Positions 27,627-36,980 of a stretch of DNA of 64,000 bases are shown in pieces. A program made the translations under genes and the position numbers. The notes below the pieces were generated by a model. That model did not search any database. It was not told the DNA's origin and saw only the letters and a list, made by a program, of their open reading frames with translations. This DNA comes from Candidatus Iainarchaeum sp. GTDB taxonomy: Archaea > Iainarchaeota > Iainarchaeia > Iainarchaeales > JAGVWC01. The stretch covers positions 224,670 to 288,669 of the forward strand of contig JAGVWC010000010.1 in NCBI GenBank assembly GCA_018304465.1, in the 5' to 3' direction. Each line of letters begins with the position of its first letter. The first letter of the stretch is position 1.

Positions 27627-28385
27627 TTAGAGCGCCAAATCATCTATCTTAATTGTAATTCCTTTTGGCGACATCTCGTACCGTAGCGAGCCTTTTTCGT
27701 GATCAGTGTACCGCATTTTTCGGATTCGAACACTGCGAAACACCGAAGAACCGACACCCAAATAACTTAACACAATCACGCCATCCGCAATAAACTCGGA
27801 CACGCCATCCGCACTGAGTCGCGCGGCTTCTTCAAACAATTCCGACGTCAACATCGTGGTAACTCCGTAGGCTCGAAGCGACGACAACAACCGATACAAA
27901 ATCTGTTTCGCGATCAATTGTTCGGTTCGCGGAATCGGAGAAACCGTTTCGGCAATCTGAACCATTGAAAACGCATCGTGTTCCGCCAAACCCCCGACAA
28001 TCATGGCATCCGTCAAGGTAGACATGGAATCCACCACAATGCGTTTGGGTTTGAATTCTTTTAGAATCAGATCAAGACGTTTGAGAAAATTATCCCCGCC
28101 GGTAATATCATAAAAAACAACCTTGATCAAGCCCCGCTTGATCAAACTTTCCAAATCCCAACCAAAACCGAGACCTTGCTTGATCAATTCGGATTCTGTT
28201 TGCTCCGTAGAAATGTATACTCCGCGCTCATTGTTTTGCGCGCCGTGGACCAAAAATTGCATGCAAAAAGTCGATTTTCCGGTTCCGGCGCCGCCTGAAA
28301 TCAAAACCATGTTGCCTTCGGGAAGACCCCCTTGCAACGCTTTATCCAATCCTTCGATTCCAGTTTTGGTTCGTGAAACAGCCAC
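27627..28385 (-). CDS. KaiC/RAD55-like RecA-superfamily ATPase
   Basis: TGIEGLD, GGAGTGKS, STEQ, IVVDSMS, SEFIADGV, IRKMR; GTG start after AGGTG RBS. Confidence 0.92.
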   Translation of the reverse strand: MAVSRTKTGIEGLDKALQGGLPEGNMVLISGGAGTGKSTFCMQFLVHGAQNNERGVYISTEQTESELIKQGLGFGWDLESLIKRGLIKVVFYDITGGDNFLKRLDLILKEFKPKRIVVDSMSTLTDAMIVGGLAEHDAFSMVQIAETVSPIPRTEQLIAKQILYRLLSSLRAYGVTTMLTSELFEEAARLSADGVSEFIADGVIVLSYLGVGSSVFRSVRIRKMRYTDHEKGSLRYEMSPKGITIKIDDLAL

Positions 28386-28488
28386 GAAAACACACCTAAT
28401 AGCCCATTGGCTGACAAGATAACACCTTCGAGGTTTAAAAACCTTATTGGTAGGCGGATTTGAAGAAAAAGAAAGAATTACTAGCATG

Positions 28489-29334
28489 TCAGGAATGGGC
28501 GTAAAGAGAATTTATCTGGTCAAACGCCATCTTTGCCATTTGCGGATTTCGATAAACCCGGACTTTAATGGAGACACTAAGTGGCTTTTTAGCTAAAAAT
28601 CGGGCGTAATGCAAAAAAACATCCAACAAGTTATTCGTCTTATCATATAGTGATTCTAGCCAGCGTCTGGAGTCCGAAGAAAAATCCACTTCCCAGTAAT
28701 ATGAACCAATTACTCCGAAATCTTTTTCAAAATTTCCGGAAGGATTGATCCGCACGGAAAAACCTGCATCAGAATACATTTTTTGCGCCCAACGATTAAA
28801 GTTAGTGTCTCGCGTAATCACCACGCAAATCTGTCCAGGAGTTGCATCAGACATTTTTTTTAACAAAGAAAAATCAGAAAAACGAAACGACAAAGGAAAC
28901 CACGCATTTCGAATCAACGCCATTGTCTTGTCGCCTTTTCGAACTGATTTTCCAAGTGTGACGAAAATTTTTGCCATTCCAACGCAAAACTCACTTATAT
29001 CAGAGAATTCAAGAATCGTATCAGAGCCAAAAGAGATGGGAACACGCCTTGATTTAGAGCGTCGGAACTCCGAGTCTAACTCGCGTGAAAAATTTTTCAA
29101 GCTCAAAACCCACTGGGGATTCAACTCGAATTTTTTTTGTTTTGAAACCAGAACATCTTCCGCTTCAAGAGAAACCAACATTTTGTGCACGGCTTGGTAC
29201 GACACGCGATCTACTAGCGTCCAATCCATTTTTTCAAAAACGCCTTTTGCAGAAAGCGGGCCCTGCTGGCCAAGAATCAAAATAATTTGATCACGTGTGG
29301 AAGACTTTCCTAAAAGAATTGGCAATACCCCCAT
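28489..29334 (-). CDS. Winged-helix regulator, paralog 2
   Basis: STRDQIILIL...PLSAK...SYQAVHKML; NAWFPL; RNPQMA. Confidence 0.8.
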   Translation of the reverse strand: MGVLPILLGKSSTRDQIILILGQQGPLSAKGVFEKMDWTLVDRVSYQAVHKMLVSLEAEDVLVSKQKKFELNPQWVLSLKNFSRELDSEFRRSKSRRVPISFGSDTILEFSDISEFCVGMAKIFVTLGKSVRKGDKTMALIRNAWFPLSFRFSDFSLLKKMSDATPGQICVVITRDTNFNRWAQKMYSDAGFSVRINPSGNFEKDFGVIGSYYWEVDFSSDSRRWLESLYDKTNNLLDVFLHYARFLAKKPLSVSIKVRVYRNPQMAKMAFDQINSLYAHS

Positions 29335-29387
29335 AGATAACCCACTACATAACAAGTATTTTAGAACTAACGGATAAAAGAGTACCT

Positions 29388-30239
29388 ATGCAAGAATTCT
29401 GGTCCATTCCGGCGGCTCACGGCAACACCACTGTCAAAGACTGGACCATCCGGATTCTCACCCAAGAATGGCCGCTGTCGTTAAAACAAATTACGGAGCG
29501 CGTCCAACAGCAATCCGGAAAAACCGTTTCTCAACAAGCCGTGTTCAAAACGCTTCAAGATTTGGTTCGACAAAAAGTCGTTGAAAAACACGACAAGAGT
29601 TACGCATTAAACAAAGAATGGATCACGCACCTCGCGAAATCCGTTCAAGATCTCCAGACCACGTATGAAAACCACGCTGGCCAATTGCCCGCACTCGGAA
29701 AACTTGACACCAAAACCGTAATCGAATTTCATGATCCAAGCGCCGTCGCGGTCACCGTCGCCCAGATTCTGGCCTCGCGCGTACTCACCCAAGGAAAACC
29801 GGAACCGTTTTATGGAATCAAACGACACGGCTTGTGGCCGCTTCGATTCAGCTTTTCCGACTTCGAACTCTTAAAAGAAATGACCAAATCCATTCCGTGT
29901 TATTGCGCCGTAATCGGAAATGACCCCTTTGACCGATGGGTGGTTGAACAATACCTTAAAGGCGGATTCAAAAAATCCAAAACCGGCGCCAAAGCCGAAT
30001 TCAAAGAATGGGACATCATGGCCCACGGAGAATACGTACTGACCATTCAATACGCCAAAGAAACCGAACAAGCCATCGAATACCTGTTCAAACAAATCAA
30101 CAACCTAAGCGAACTATTCGAAAAATTCAGCCAAGAAGAACTGTCCAAATTCAAATTCCAAGCAACGTTAACAATCGAACGAAACCCGGACCTCGCACGG
30201 CTCATCAAAGAAAAATGCATGAAAATATTGGAAGAGTAA
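29388..30239 (+). CDS. Winged-helix regulator, paralog 3 (divergent from paralog 2)
   Basis: TVKDWTIRIL..EWPLSLKQI...SQQAVFKTL; HGLWPL; RNPDLA. Confidence 0.8.
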   Translation: MQEFWSIPAAHGNTTVKDWTIRILTQEWPLSLKQITERVQQQSGKTVSQQAVFKTLQDLVRQKVVEKHDKSYALNKEWITHLAKSVQDLQTTYENHAGQLPALGKLDTKTVIEFHDPSAVAVTVAQILASRVLTQGKPEPFYGIKRHGLWPLRFSFSDFELLKEMTKSIPCYCAVIGNDPFDRWVVEQYLKGGFKKSKTGAKAEFKEWDIMAHGEYVLTIQYAKETEQAIEYLFKQINNLSELFEKFSQEELSKFKFQATLTIERNPDLARLIKEKCMKILEE

Positions 30240-30306
30240 AAACGAATACTGAAAGAAGAAGTACATACAAGTTCACAAAACAAAGAGATTAGCTAGTAGT
30301 TACCCG

Positions 30307-31464
30307 CTATTGGTTTTGGTATAGGTCTTTGCAGGATTGGACTGCTTCTTGGGTACTGAGTTCGTCACAGAGCGCAGTGTTTTGAGCGTTGATAATGATT
30401 GCGATGATGCATAAATCAGGATTTTCGAGTTGTTTGCATATGGCGGGGTCCATCCGGGTAATCGCAATTTTTTTCATGCAACGTTCTTTTTCGGTTGTGG
30501 CTTTGCATGCTTCCAGGTCGTCTTTGGCGACTGCAACGTCCGAGAAACAAGTCTCTTCTTGATTGAGGCCTTTGCATAAGTTGGCGTCTTTTTTTGCGAC
30601 GGCTACGCGCGAGATGCAAATATCACGAAACATTGCGAGTTCGGGATTTTTCGGGAGGGTTTCGCATATTTTTTCATCTTTTGCTTGTTCTGCTTGTGCA
30701 GTCGTGGTTTGTATGGTGGACCACAGGCTGTCCAACGTTGTTTGGTATCCTTTTTGGGCGGTATCCAAGCACACTTGTTTTTGAGTCGGGGTCGTAAAAT
30801 TTTCGCATATCGTGGCGTCTTTTGTTTTTTCGACTACCGCAAACATGCAATTGATGCGAAAGCCGTCTAGCCGAGCCTTGCATAGGTCGTCTTGGCAGGC
30901 GGTCGGATGTTTTTCCAAAGTGACTTCTTTGCATCCTTCGAGTGTTCCAGTCTGACCGCTGACGATCGCAATGCATTGAAGTTTATAGACTTCTGATATG
31001 ATTTTGTTGCAGATTTCGATATTTTGCGTTCTGTTCGCATCTTCCAATAACGCATCGGTAACCCCGCTGCTACAATACGAACCAGACCCAAGTTTTTCGC
31101 AGACGCTATAATCCCGAAGGGTAACTGCCACTCCTTGAATGCAAGTTTGTATACCGCTTTGAGAGGTTAAGGCATTACACATCTTCAAATCGCCTCGTTT
31201 CCCTCCGATCTCAGCCAAACACTGGTCTTTTCGAATCGAAACAAAAAAAGAATCCGTGAGCAAATCGCAGATTTGCATGTTGTCTGCTTCTACGGCAACG
31301 TTTGTAATGCAAATGGACCGATTAAGCTCTTGATCAATTGTATTGCACTCCGCCAAAGCGGATTCAACATCTGAATTTAACGCGGTGTTGCTCTGCCCTA
31401 GTGGCGGGCTAGTACATCCAACGAATAAGAGGGCGATGATCAGGAGTAACAACATACGATTCAT
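30307..31464 (-). CDS. Cysteine-repeat lipoprotein
   Basis: LLFVGC lipobox; about 11 repeats of C-x(3-4)-A-x(4-6)-(I/L/M)C; ATGA overlap with upstream gene. Confidence 0.8.
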   Translation of the reverse strand: MNRMLLLLIIALLFVGCTSPPLGQSNTALNSDVESALAECNTIDQELNRSICITNVAVEADNMQICDLLTDSFFVSIRKDQCLAEIGGKRGDLKMCNALTSQSGIQTCIQGVAVTLRDYSVCEKLGSGSYCSSGVTDALLEDANRTQNIEICNKIISEVYKLQCIAIVSGQTGTLEGCKEVTLEKHPTACQDDLCKARLDGFRINCMFAVVEKTKDATICENFTTPTQKQVCLDTAQKGYQTTLDSLWSTIQTTTAQAEQAKDEKICETLPKNPELAMFRDICISRVAVAKKDANLCKGLNQEETCFSDVAVAKDDLEACKATTEKERCMKKIAITRMDPAICKQLENPDLCIIAIIINAQNTALCDELSTQEAVQSCKDLYQNQ

Positions 31465-32084
31465 TTTTCCACATCCTTTTCAGGTAGTTCTTTTCCTACT
31501 GCTTGCGCGATTTTTTCTTGATCTATTGGATTCTCGGGCTGAAACATATCCCGATAATTTGGCTGAAACATATTCTTGTACAACTGAAGCAGAATCCCTT
31601 TATGGAATGGGACTATGCTATAAACACCTGCTTGTTTGACTTTATCCACATTTATTTTCTTTTTTTCTTTTTCTCCGAAATAAATGATCGGGTGAATATA
31701 ATCGTAAGGCCGCCACTTATCGAGTTCGAGTTCATGATCTCCGATTCCCCACTCCGGATTTGCTTCTTCAATCACGGTTTTGATTATTTCTAAAAAATAC
31801 TTGAAGGTTTCTTCCGGATTATCTAGAACTATGCCCGTTTTTTGAGTAAAAACACTGATGCTTGTGCTTCGCTTACCGGAACGTACATTAAACTGTGTTT
31901 CTTTTTTATTAATCTTCAAAGTATATCCGACGTACCCGTACTGGCGTTCATAAAGGCCGGGAAGCGGTTCTTCAAGAGTCACTGTAAAATTTTTCAACCG
32001 CAATGCTTGCTCAATTTTTTTTAGGATTGGTTCTTTTTCGATGGTGGTCGGAACAAAAGTCATAAAGTCATAGGTATATCCCAT
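31461..32084 (-). CDS. Putative immunity protein for toxin B
   Basis: TAATG overlap with toxin B stop; soluble, about 207 aa. Confidence 0.6.
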   Translation of the reverse strand: MGYTYDFMTFVPTTIEKEPILKKIEQALRLKNFTVTLEEPLPGLYERQYGYVGYTLKINKKETQFNVRSGKRSTSISVFTQKTGIVLDNPEETFKYFLEIIKTVIEEANPEWGIGDHELELDKWRPYDYIHPIIYFGEKEKKKINVDKVKQAGVYSIVPFHKGILLQLYKNMFQPNYRDMFQPENPIDQEKIAQAVGKELPEKDVEK

Positions 32085-34177
32085 TAGATGTCCCCCCATA
32101 GTCTTACTTTTACGCCAATATTCTCAAACTCGATTAATAATTTGGAATCGATAGGTTGTTTGGTTATAAGCCACGCCTCGTCTGCTATGCTTGGATTGTT
32201 TGCTACGTAGGAAACTAATTCTTGTAATTGTGCTTTTACCTCATCTATTTCAGGCGTTTTCATCGCAATGAAGTTTTCGTTTTTTACTTCGGCTAGAACT
32301 TTTTTGTTTGTCGTTGTTTCAAGATAAATGTCTGCTTTTTTGTTTGCGTACTCGAATTCTTTGATTGTGTTTCCGTTTGTTTTTAGTTTTTCAGCGGCTT
32401 CGAGTTGGGCTTTGTATCCTTTAACACTATCTTGAGATATACTAGACCCAATATCTCCTGCCACAGTATCAATTCCTTTGGTATTTTTAAAAGTATCAAT
32501 TCGAATTAGCGTATCTGATGCTAAACTTTCTTTTTGCCCTATCTCTGCGATCCCGGTTATTCCTCGATCACTCCATTCGAGTGTGCTTGTTCCGGCGATT
32601 CGGCCGACTTTTTCTCCGATTTCTTCGCTGTAATTTGCGATTACAGTTTGGTATCCTCTTTTGTTCAGTAATTTTGAAAGGATGGTGTCAGAGGCAGCTC
32701 CTAATCGTGTAGCGATTCCTTCGACTTTTTCGCTGAAAACGATGCGTAAGGGTTCGGGAATGCTCTCGAAGAATTGTGTGAGTTTTTCGGCATCGTTTCC
32801 GAGCGCTTTGGTGATGCGCCCCAATCCAGTGGCTGCTTTTTCGCCTGCCTCAATAATGGGTTTAGTCCATTCGAGTCTTTGAAGAAGGGTAGCGGTTTGG
32901 TAGCCAAATTTGTTTCCAATAATTCGGATCAGGTCGGTAAATTTGTCGATTTTTTGAACGATTTTAAGGGCTTTGATGGCGTCTGCAATTTTTCCAACCA
33001 AAACCGCTTGTTCGATAACATAACCGCCAATGAATCCTTGGACGTACCCAACTTGAAATGCCCGATATTCGAGTCTCTGAGTGACTGGGTTGGCAGGGTT
33101 TCTGGTTGTTCCGACTTTGTAAATGTCTATGACCGCATTGCCGAGTGCGTCGCCGATATGTTCCAACGCTTGGGGGAAGATGCGAACAATGTCAATGACG
33201 CCGCTTGCAATTTGAGTAACTTGGTCTTGGCGGTAGATAAAGCTTAGGGCGCCGTTTAATACTTGTTGGGCAAAGTCCAAATCGTCTTTGGCGCCTTTGA
33301 AAGTGCCGTCCACGAATCCTAAAAACAAGCCCGTACAATTGGAGGCAATGGAGTAAATGCGTAAGGTTTCTTTGTTGGAATCGTATAAAAGTATGACGAC
33401 TTGAGTTCCTTTGGAAAAAGATTCGAGTTCGCTATTGTTTTCGAACACTTGTTTTAACGGAATCGATTCCGATTGAATTTGAACATCCAATGGTACAAAA
33501 CTCGTGAGCAATTCTTGGGAATTCAGACTGTTGGCAGAGATCGGATTAGACAGCAATTCGAGTTGTTCGGAGTTGAGTTGTTCAAGATTATCTTGAATTT
33601 GTTGCTTTTCGAGCGGATTCACGCCCCCCAATAACCAGGTCATTGGATTTCCGCACGAAGTGTAAAAATCGTCAAAGACCATGGTAGCCGGATTATCATA
33701 ATAGTTACCCGGATCCGTTCCAAACAACAACTCTTTTTCGTAAACAAATCCATCACAATCCGCATCATCCAAACACCCTCCGATCACAACGGTTTTTTCC
33801 AAATAACCGTTTTTGTACCCCACTTTGGACGCAATGAACCGATACGAATGAGCGCCGACCGGAGGCGCCACATCAGAATACAACGCGGTTCCATCACTAC
33901 CCGTCACCACAGAACCAAACCGATTGGGGTCGTAACTTGGAATCACCCCCACTAAGACATCCGAAAGCGGAATACCCACCGTATTCGTTGTTTGGATCGA
34001 AAAACGAATCGTTGGATCCCGGGAAGCACCATCGAATTCAAGCGCATAATCCACGGTAAACGGCACTGCTTCGGCGTTAAATTTTTCCTCTGAAAAAGAT
34101 TGAAAAACAACGAAACTGACGGCTATCAACAAAAAAAGAAAACTCGCCACAAATGCTTTTTTCAAGACGCTGTCCAC
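32084..34177 (-). CDS. Putative polymorphic toxin B: TM anchor, shared N-module, TSP3-like Ca motif, helical linker, C-terminal PD-(D/E)xK nuclease
   Basis: N-terminal TM; shared module 33782-34009; DDADCDG...E...GTDP; GYVQGFIGG hydrophobic stretch; GYKAQ...ADIYL....VLAEVKN. Confidence 0.75.
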   Translation of the reverse strand: MDSVLKKAFVASFLFLLIAVSFVVFQSFSEEKFNAEAVPFTVDYALEFDGASRDPTIRFSIQTTNTVGIPLSDVLVGVIPSYDPNRFGSVVTGSDGTALYSDVAPPVGAHSYRFIASKVGYKNGYLEKTVVIGGCLDDADCDGFVYEKELLFGTDPGNYYDNPATMVFDDFYTSCGNPMTWLLGGVNPLEKQQIQDNLEQLNSEQLELLSNPISANSLNSQELLTSFVPLDVQIQSESIPLKQVFENNSELESFSKGTQVVILLYDSNKETLRIYSIASNCTGLFLGFVDGTFKGAKDDLDFAQQVLNGALSFIYRQDQVTQIASGVIDIVRIFPQALEHIGDALGNAVIDIYKVGTTRNPANPVTQRLEYRAFQVGYVQGFIGGYVIEQAVLVGKIADAIKALKIVQKIDKFTDLIRIIGNKFGYQTATLLQRLEWTKPIIEAGEKAATGLGRITKALGNDAEKLTQFFESIPEPLRIVFSEKVEGIATRLGAASDTILSKLLNKRGYQTVIANYSEEIGEKVGRIAGTSTLEWSDRGITGIAEIGQKESLASDTLIRIDTFKNTKGIDTVAGDIGSSISQDSVKGYKAQLEAAEKLKTNGNTIKEFEYANKKADIYLETTTNKKVLAEVKNENFIAMKTPEIDEVKAQLQELVSYVANNPSIADEAWLITKQPIDSKLLIEFENIGVKVRLWGDI

Positions 34178-34250
34178 AACAATACGGCCCTAAGATGAGG
34201 CCTTTAGGCGATTGTTTTTACGGCAAAAAACGAAGTCGCCAAAAAAAAGG

Positions 34251-34808
34251 TTATTTGAGTTCCAATTGGTCTTTGGGTTCTTCTTTGGAAAAATCGAATT
34301 CGTGCACGGGTTTGACGATGAACTCGCAGGTTTTTTGATTCAAGGCAATGCACTGGTGTTCCACGCAATCCAAGTCGTTTCGAAACAACGCCGAAAACAC
34401 GCCCGCAAACACGCCCCGCAACACGTGATCCACGGGTTTTTTCGCCTTGTTCACCAAACTACCCGCAATCGGATTATGATCCACCACCAAAATCGCGCGC
34501 TTGTTTTCCACGTCCAAATGCACGATCGAAACCCCGCCGATTCCGCACGCCGAAAAAAACTCGGCCAAAAACCGGGCGTTTAATTCCACGGAATTCGAAA
34601 GCGAAAAACCCGACACCAACGACCCTGCCACTTGTTTTTTAACCGCAGCGTACACCGCCCGATTAGTGGCCGGATCCGAGATCTCGGCCAGCCCCACCAA
34701 AATATCCACGGGAAGAATCGCAAACGGCGTGTTCATCAAAAAAAACTGGTTATTGGAAAACCGAATACCATTCGTGAAAATAAACCGGTCAAAAAACGGA
34801 TTTAACAT
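34251..34808 (-). CDS. V4R domain protein
   Basis: FFSACGIG, DHVLRGVFAGVFS, CVEHQCIALNQKTCEFIV. Confidence 0.85.
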   Translation of the reverse strand: MLNPFFDRFIFTNGIRFSNNQFFLMNTPFAILPVDILVGLAEISDPATNRAVYAAVKKQVAGSLVSGFSLSNSVELNARFLAEFFSACGIGGVSIVHLDVENKRAILVVDHNPIAGSLVNKAKKPVDHVLRGVFAGVFSALFRNDLDCVEHQCIALNQKTCEFIVKPVHEFDFSKEEPKDQLELK

Positions 34809-34896
34809 ACTTACACCAAAGGAGGTTCCCCCATAAAAAAATACCGAAAGACCCAAAAGAAAGGCTTTTTTAAGGAAAAACAACCACCAATCTATC

Positions 34897-35853
34897 ATGA
34901 CGACCACGTTCACGATGGATTTGCATTCGCATGTCATCGAAAAAAAAGTCAAAGCCAAGGATTACTGGAAAAACGTCGAACAAAAAAAAATCGACGTCAT
35001 GGCCATCACCGAACACGCCCACTTCGATATCCGAAAAGCCTTTGAACGCGTCGCCAAAGAAAAACCCCGCGACAAAATACTGGTTCCCGGCGTCGAACTC
35101 AACACCGACATCGGACACGTCTTGTGCTACGGGCCCGACGAACGCGTATACGACCACAAAGAATTATTCGAATTCGAAGTACCCATCGAAACCTGCGTCG
35201 AACACGCCAAACAAGACAACTTAGTCTTAAGCTGCGCGCACCCCTGGGGATACACCCAAGACAGCGCCGCGTTTTTAATCGGACCCAAAAAACTCATGAA
35301 ACTCATTCGAAAATACCCGATCGGAATCGAAGCCTACAACGGCATGGTCGGACACCTCTCCGACATCATGTACGAAAGCGGCTGGATCCGCCGACCCAAC
35401 AACTTTTTGGGTTTTCTTCAAAAAAACCGGGTCACGCGAAAAATCGGAATCGGCTCCGTCGGAGAAAAACTCCAAAAATCCCTCGACCGCCTCGTGTACA
35501 GCTACCTAAACCGCATCACGGCCAGCGTCGAACTCGGCGAAAGCGCTTCGTTTATCACCGCCGGAAGCGACGGCCACTCCGCGGACCGCCTCGGCGAAGG
35601 CATGCTCAAAATCAAAAGCCAAACCGAACTCAACACCCCCGAAGACATACTCGACTTAGTGGTGCATCACAAACAAGACGTGGTCTGGTGCGGCGTTGGC
35701 GTCCGCGAAGTCCGACCCGGCGTACTCGAAAAAATTTCGCCCCAAAAAATCAAACGCATGGAACTCGTCGACGGCCTCAAATACCTGGCCATGCGAAAAA
35801 TCCGCGAACGCGTGATCGCCGACCGAAAAAAACGCGAACAACCCCACCCCTAA
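34897..35853 (+). CDS. PHP-domain metal-dependent phosphoesterase
   Basis: DLHSH, AITEH, PGVE...GHVL, AHP, IEAYNG, AGSDGH. Confidence 0.88.
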   Translation: MTTTFTMDLHSHVIEKKVKAKDYWKNVEQKKIDVMAITEHAHFDIRKAFERVAKEKPRDKILVPGVELNTDIGHVLCYGPDERVYDHKELFEFEVPIETCVEHAKQDNLVLSCAHPWGYTQDSAAFLIGPKKLMKLIRKYPIGIEAYNGMVGHLSDIMYESGWIRRPNNFLGFLQKNRVTRKIGIGSVGEKLQKSLDRLVYSYLNRITASVELGESASFITAGSDGHSADRLGEGMLKIKSQTELNTPEDILDLVVHHKQDVVWCGVGVREVRPGVLEKISPQKIKRMELVDGLKYLAMRKIRERVIADRKKREQPHP

Positions 35854-35913
35854 AAAAAAATTTCACTAGTATTACCAAAAAAAAAACCTCTGTTTCGGAG
35901 CACGAAAAAAACC

Positions 35914-36321
35914 ATGAAAATCTGCATCTGGCCCAATACTTCGTTACGACAAATACCGCTCGACACCATGGAGATTCATTTGGCACGCCCGATTTCCCGA
36001 AAAAAAATCACGGAAATCATCAACAAACGCCCCATTCACACTGTGACCCTCTCCAAATCCACGTTTGTGCGCATCAACGAAAAAACCCTTGATTTTCTGG
36101 AAAAACGAAAGATCAAAACCTTCATCCACAATAACCCCGGAAAACCCCTTCAGATCCCCTTAGAACAGATAATCGACGTCATTGAACGCGTCAAAGACCA
36201 TCAAAGCCTGCGAAAAATCGAACACATCACCGGAATCCCCAAAAGCACCGTGCATTATCTTGTCAAATACGCCAAACGCACCAAAGCCAAAAAAGGCAAT
36301 AAACCCATTCATTTACGCTAA
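35914..36321 (+). CDS. Hypothetical protein with C-terminal HTH
   Basis: SLRKIEHITGIPKSTVHYL. Confidence 0.7.
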   Translation: MKICIWPNTSLRQIPLDTMEIHLARPISRKKITEIINKRPIHTVTLSKSTFVRINEKTLDFLEKRKIKTFIHNNPGKPLQIPLEQIIDVIERVKDHQSLRKIEHITGIPKSTVHYLVKYAKRTKAKKGNKPIHLR

Positions 36322-36450
36322 AAAACGGATTTAAAATGGTTTTGGCGCATAATACCTATGTCAAGAAAACCTCTTTTTACCACATGATTTTTATATCACA
36401 AAACGCCTAATGTTCTTGTCACACGAAATACCCTGGGGAGCCAAGAGTCC

Positions 36451-36756
36451 ATGAAGAAAAAAAGAACCGCCAAAACAGTCAAAAAAACCATCGCCGCAAA
36501 AACCGGCATTTCCAAAGCCGCCGCCAAACGAAAAAGCTCGTTTGAAGAACGATTACTCTCGCTTGCCGACGACGACGATTTCATCTTGCCCTTAATGAAC
36601 GAAAACATGCGCGAAAAACTCTTAAAAGAAGAATTCAAACTCCGCAAAAAACAACCCACGGCCTGGACCAAAACCAAATACCGAAAATACGCGATGATCA
36701 ACCGCCCCAAAAAAGAAAAAGCCCGGGCCTCCATCGAAGAAGAAAACGACGAATAA
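36451..36756 (+). CDS. Small Lys/Ala-rich basic protein
   Basis: MKKKRTAKTVKKTIAAKTGISKAAAKRK; host-like codons. Confidence 0.6.
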   Translation: MKKKRTAKTVKKTIAAKTGISKAAAKRKSSFEERLLSLADDDDFILPLMNENMREKLLKEEFKLRKKQPTAWTKTKYRKYAMINRPKKEKARASIEEENDE

Positions 36757-36980
36757 AAGTACTCGAGTTCTCAATCCGCTGTGAAATTCGAAAAAGATCT
36801 ACTTTTTAGTTGAATATTGTTCAACCAAATATATATTAACCCAAAATATGTAATTATATATAGTGAATAAGGTAACTGCACACAACCCCATTAACTTAAA
36901 GGGAACAGCAGCCGATCTGGCAAAATCGCAAGTCAAGAAAAGTGATGGTAGAACAAATGAAGCAGGGGAAATGACACTGT

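Noticed and set aside
26788-28385. Circadian clock interpretation of the tandem KaiC-like genes
   Set aside because: Both are single-domain RAD55/KaiC-like ATPases and there is no kaiA or kaiB
31536-31575. Short direct repeat GGCTGAAACATAT (two copies)
   Set aside because: A local in-frame duplication (MFQP twice) inside a CDS; not a CRISPR or att site
15686-34200. Provirus or integrated conjugative element explaining the accessory region
   Set aside because: No integrase, capsid, terminase, VirB4 or att repeats are recognisable, and the housekeeping gene dys lies in the middle
35124-36092. Long Arg/Pro-rich alternative-frame ORFs (also 47226..48071, 50959..51693, 60321..61205)
   Set aside because: Shadow frames of well-supported genes, produced by the skewed codon usage
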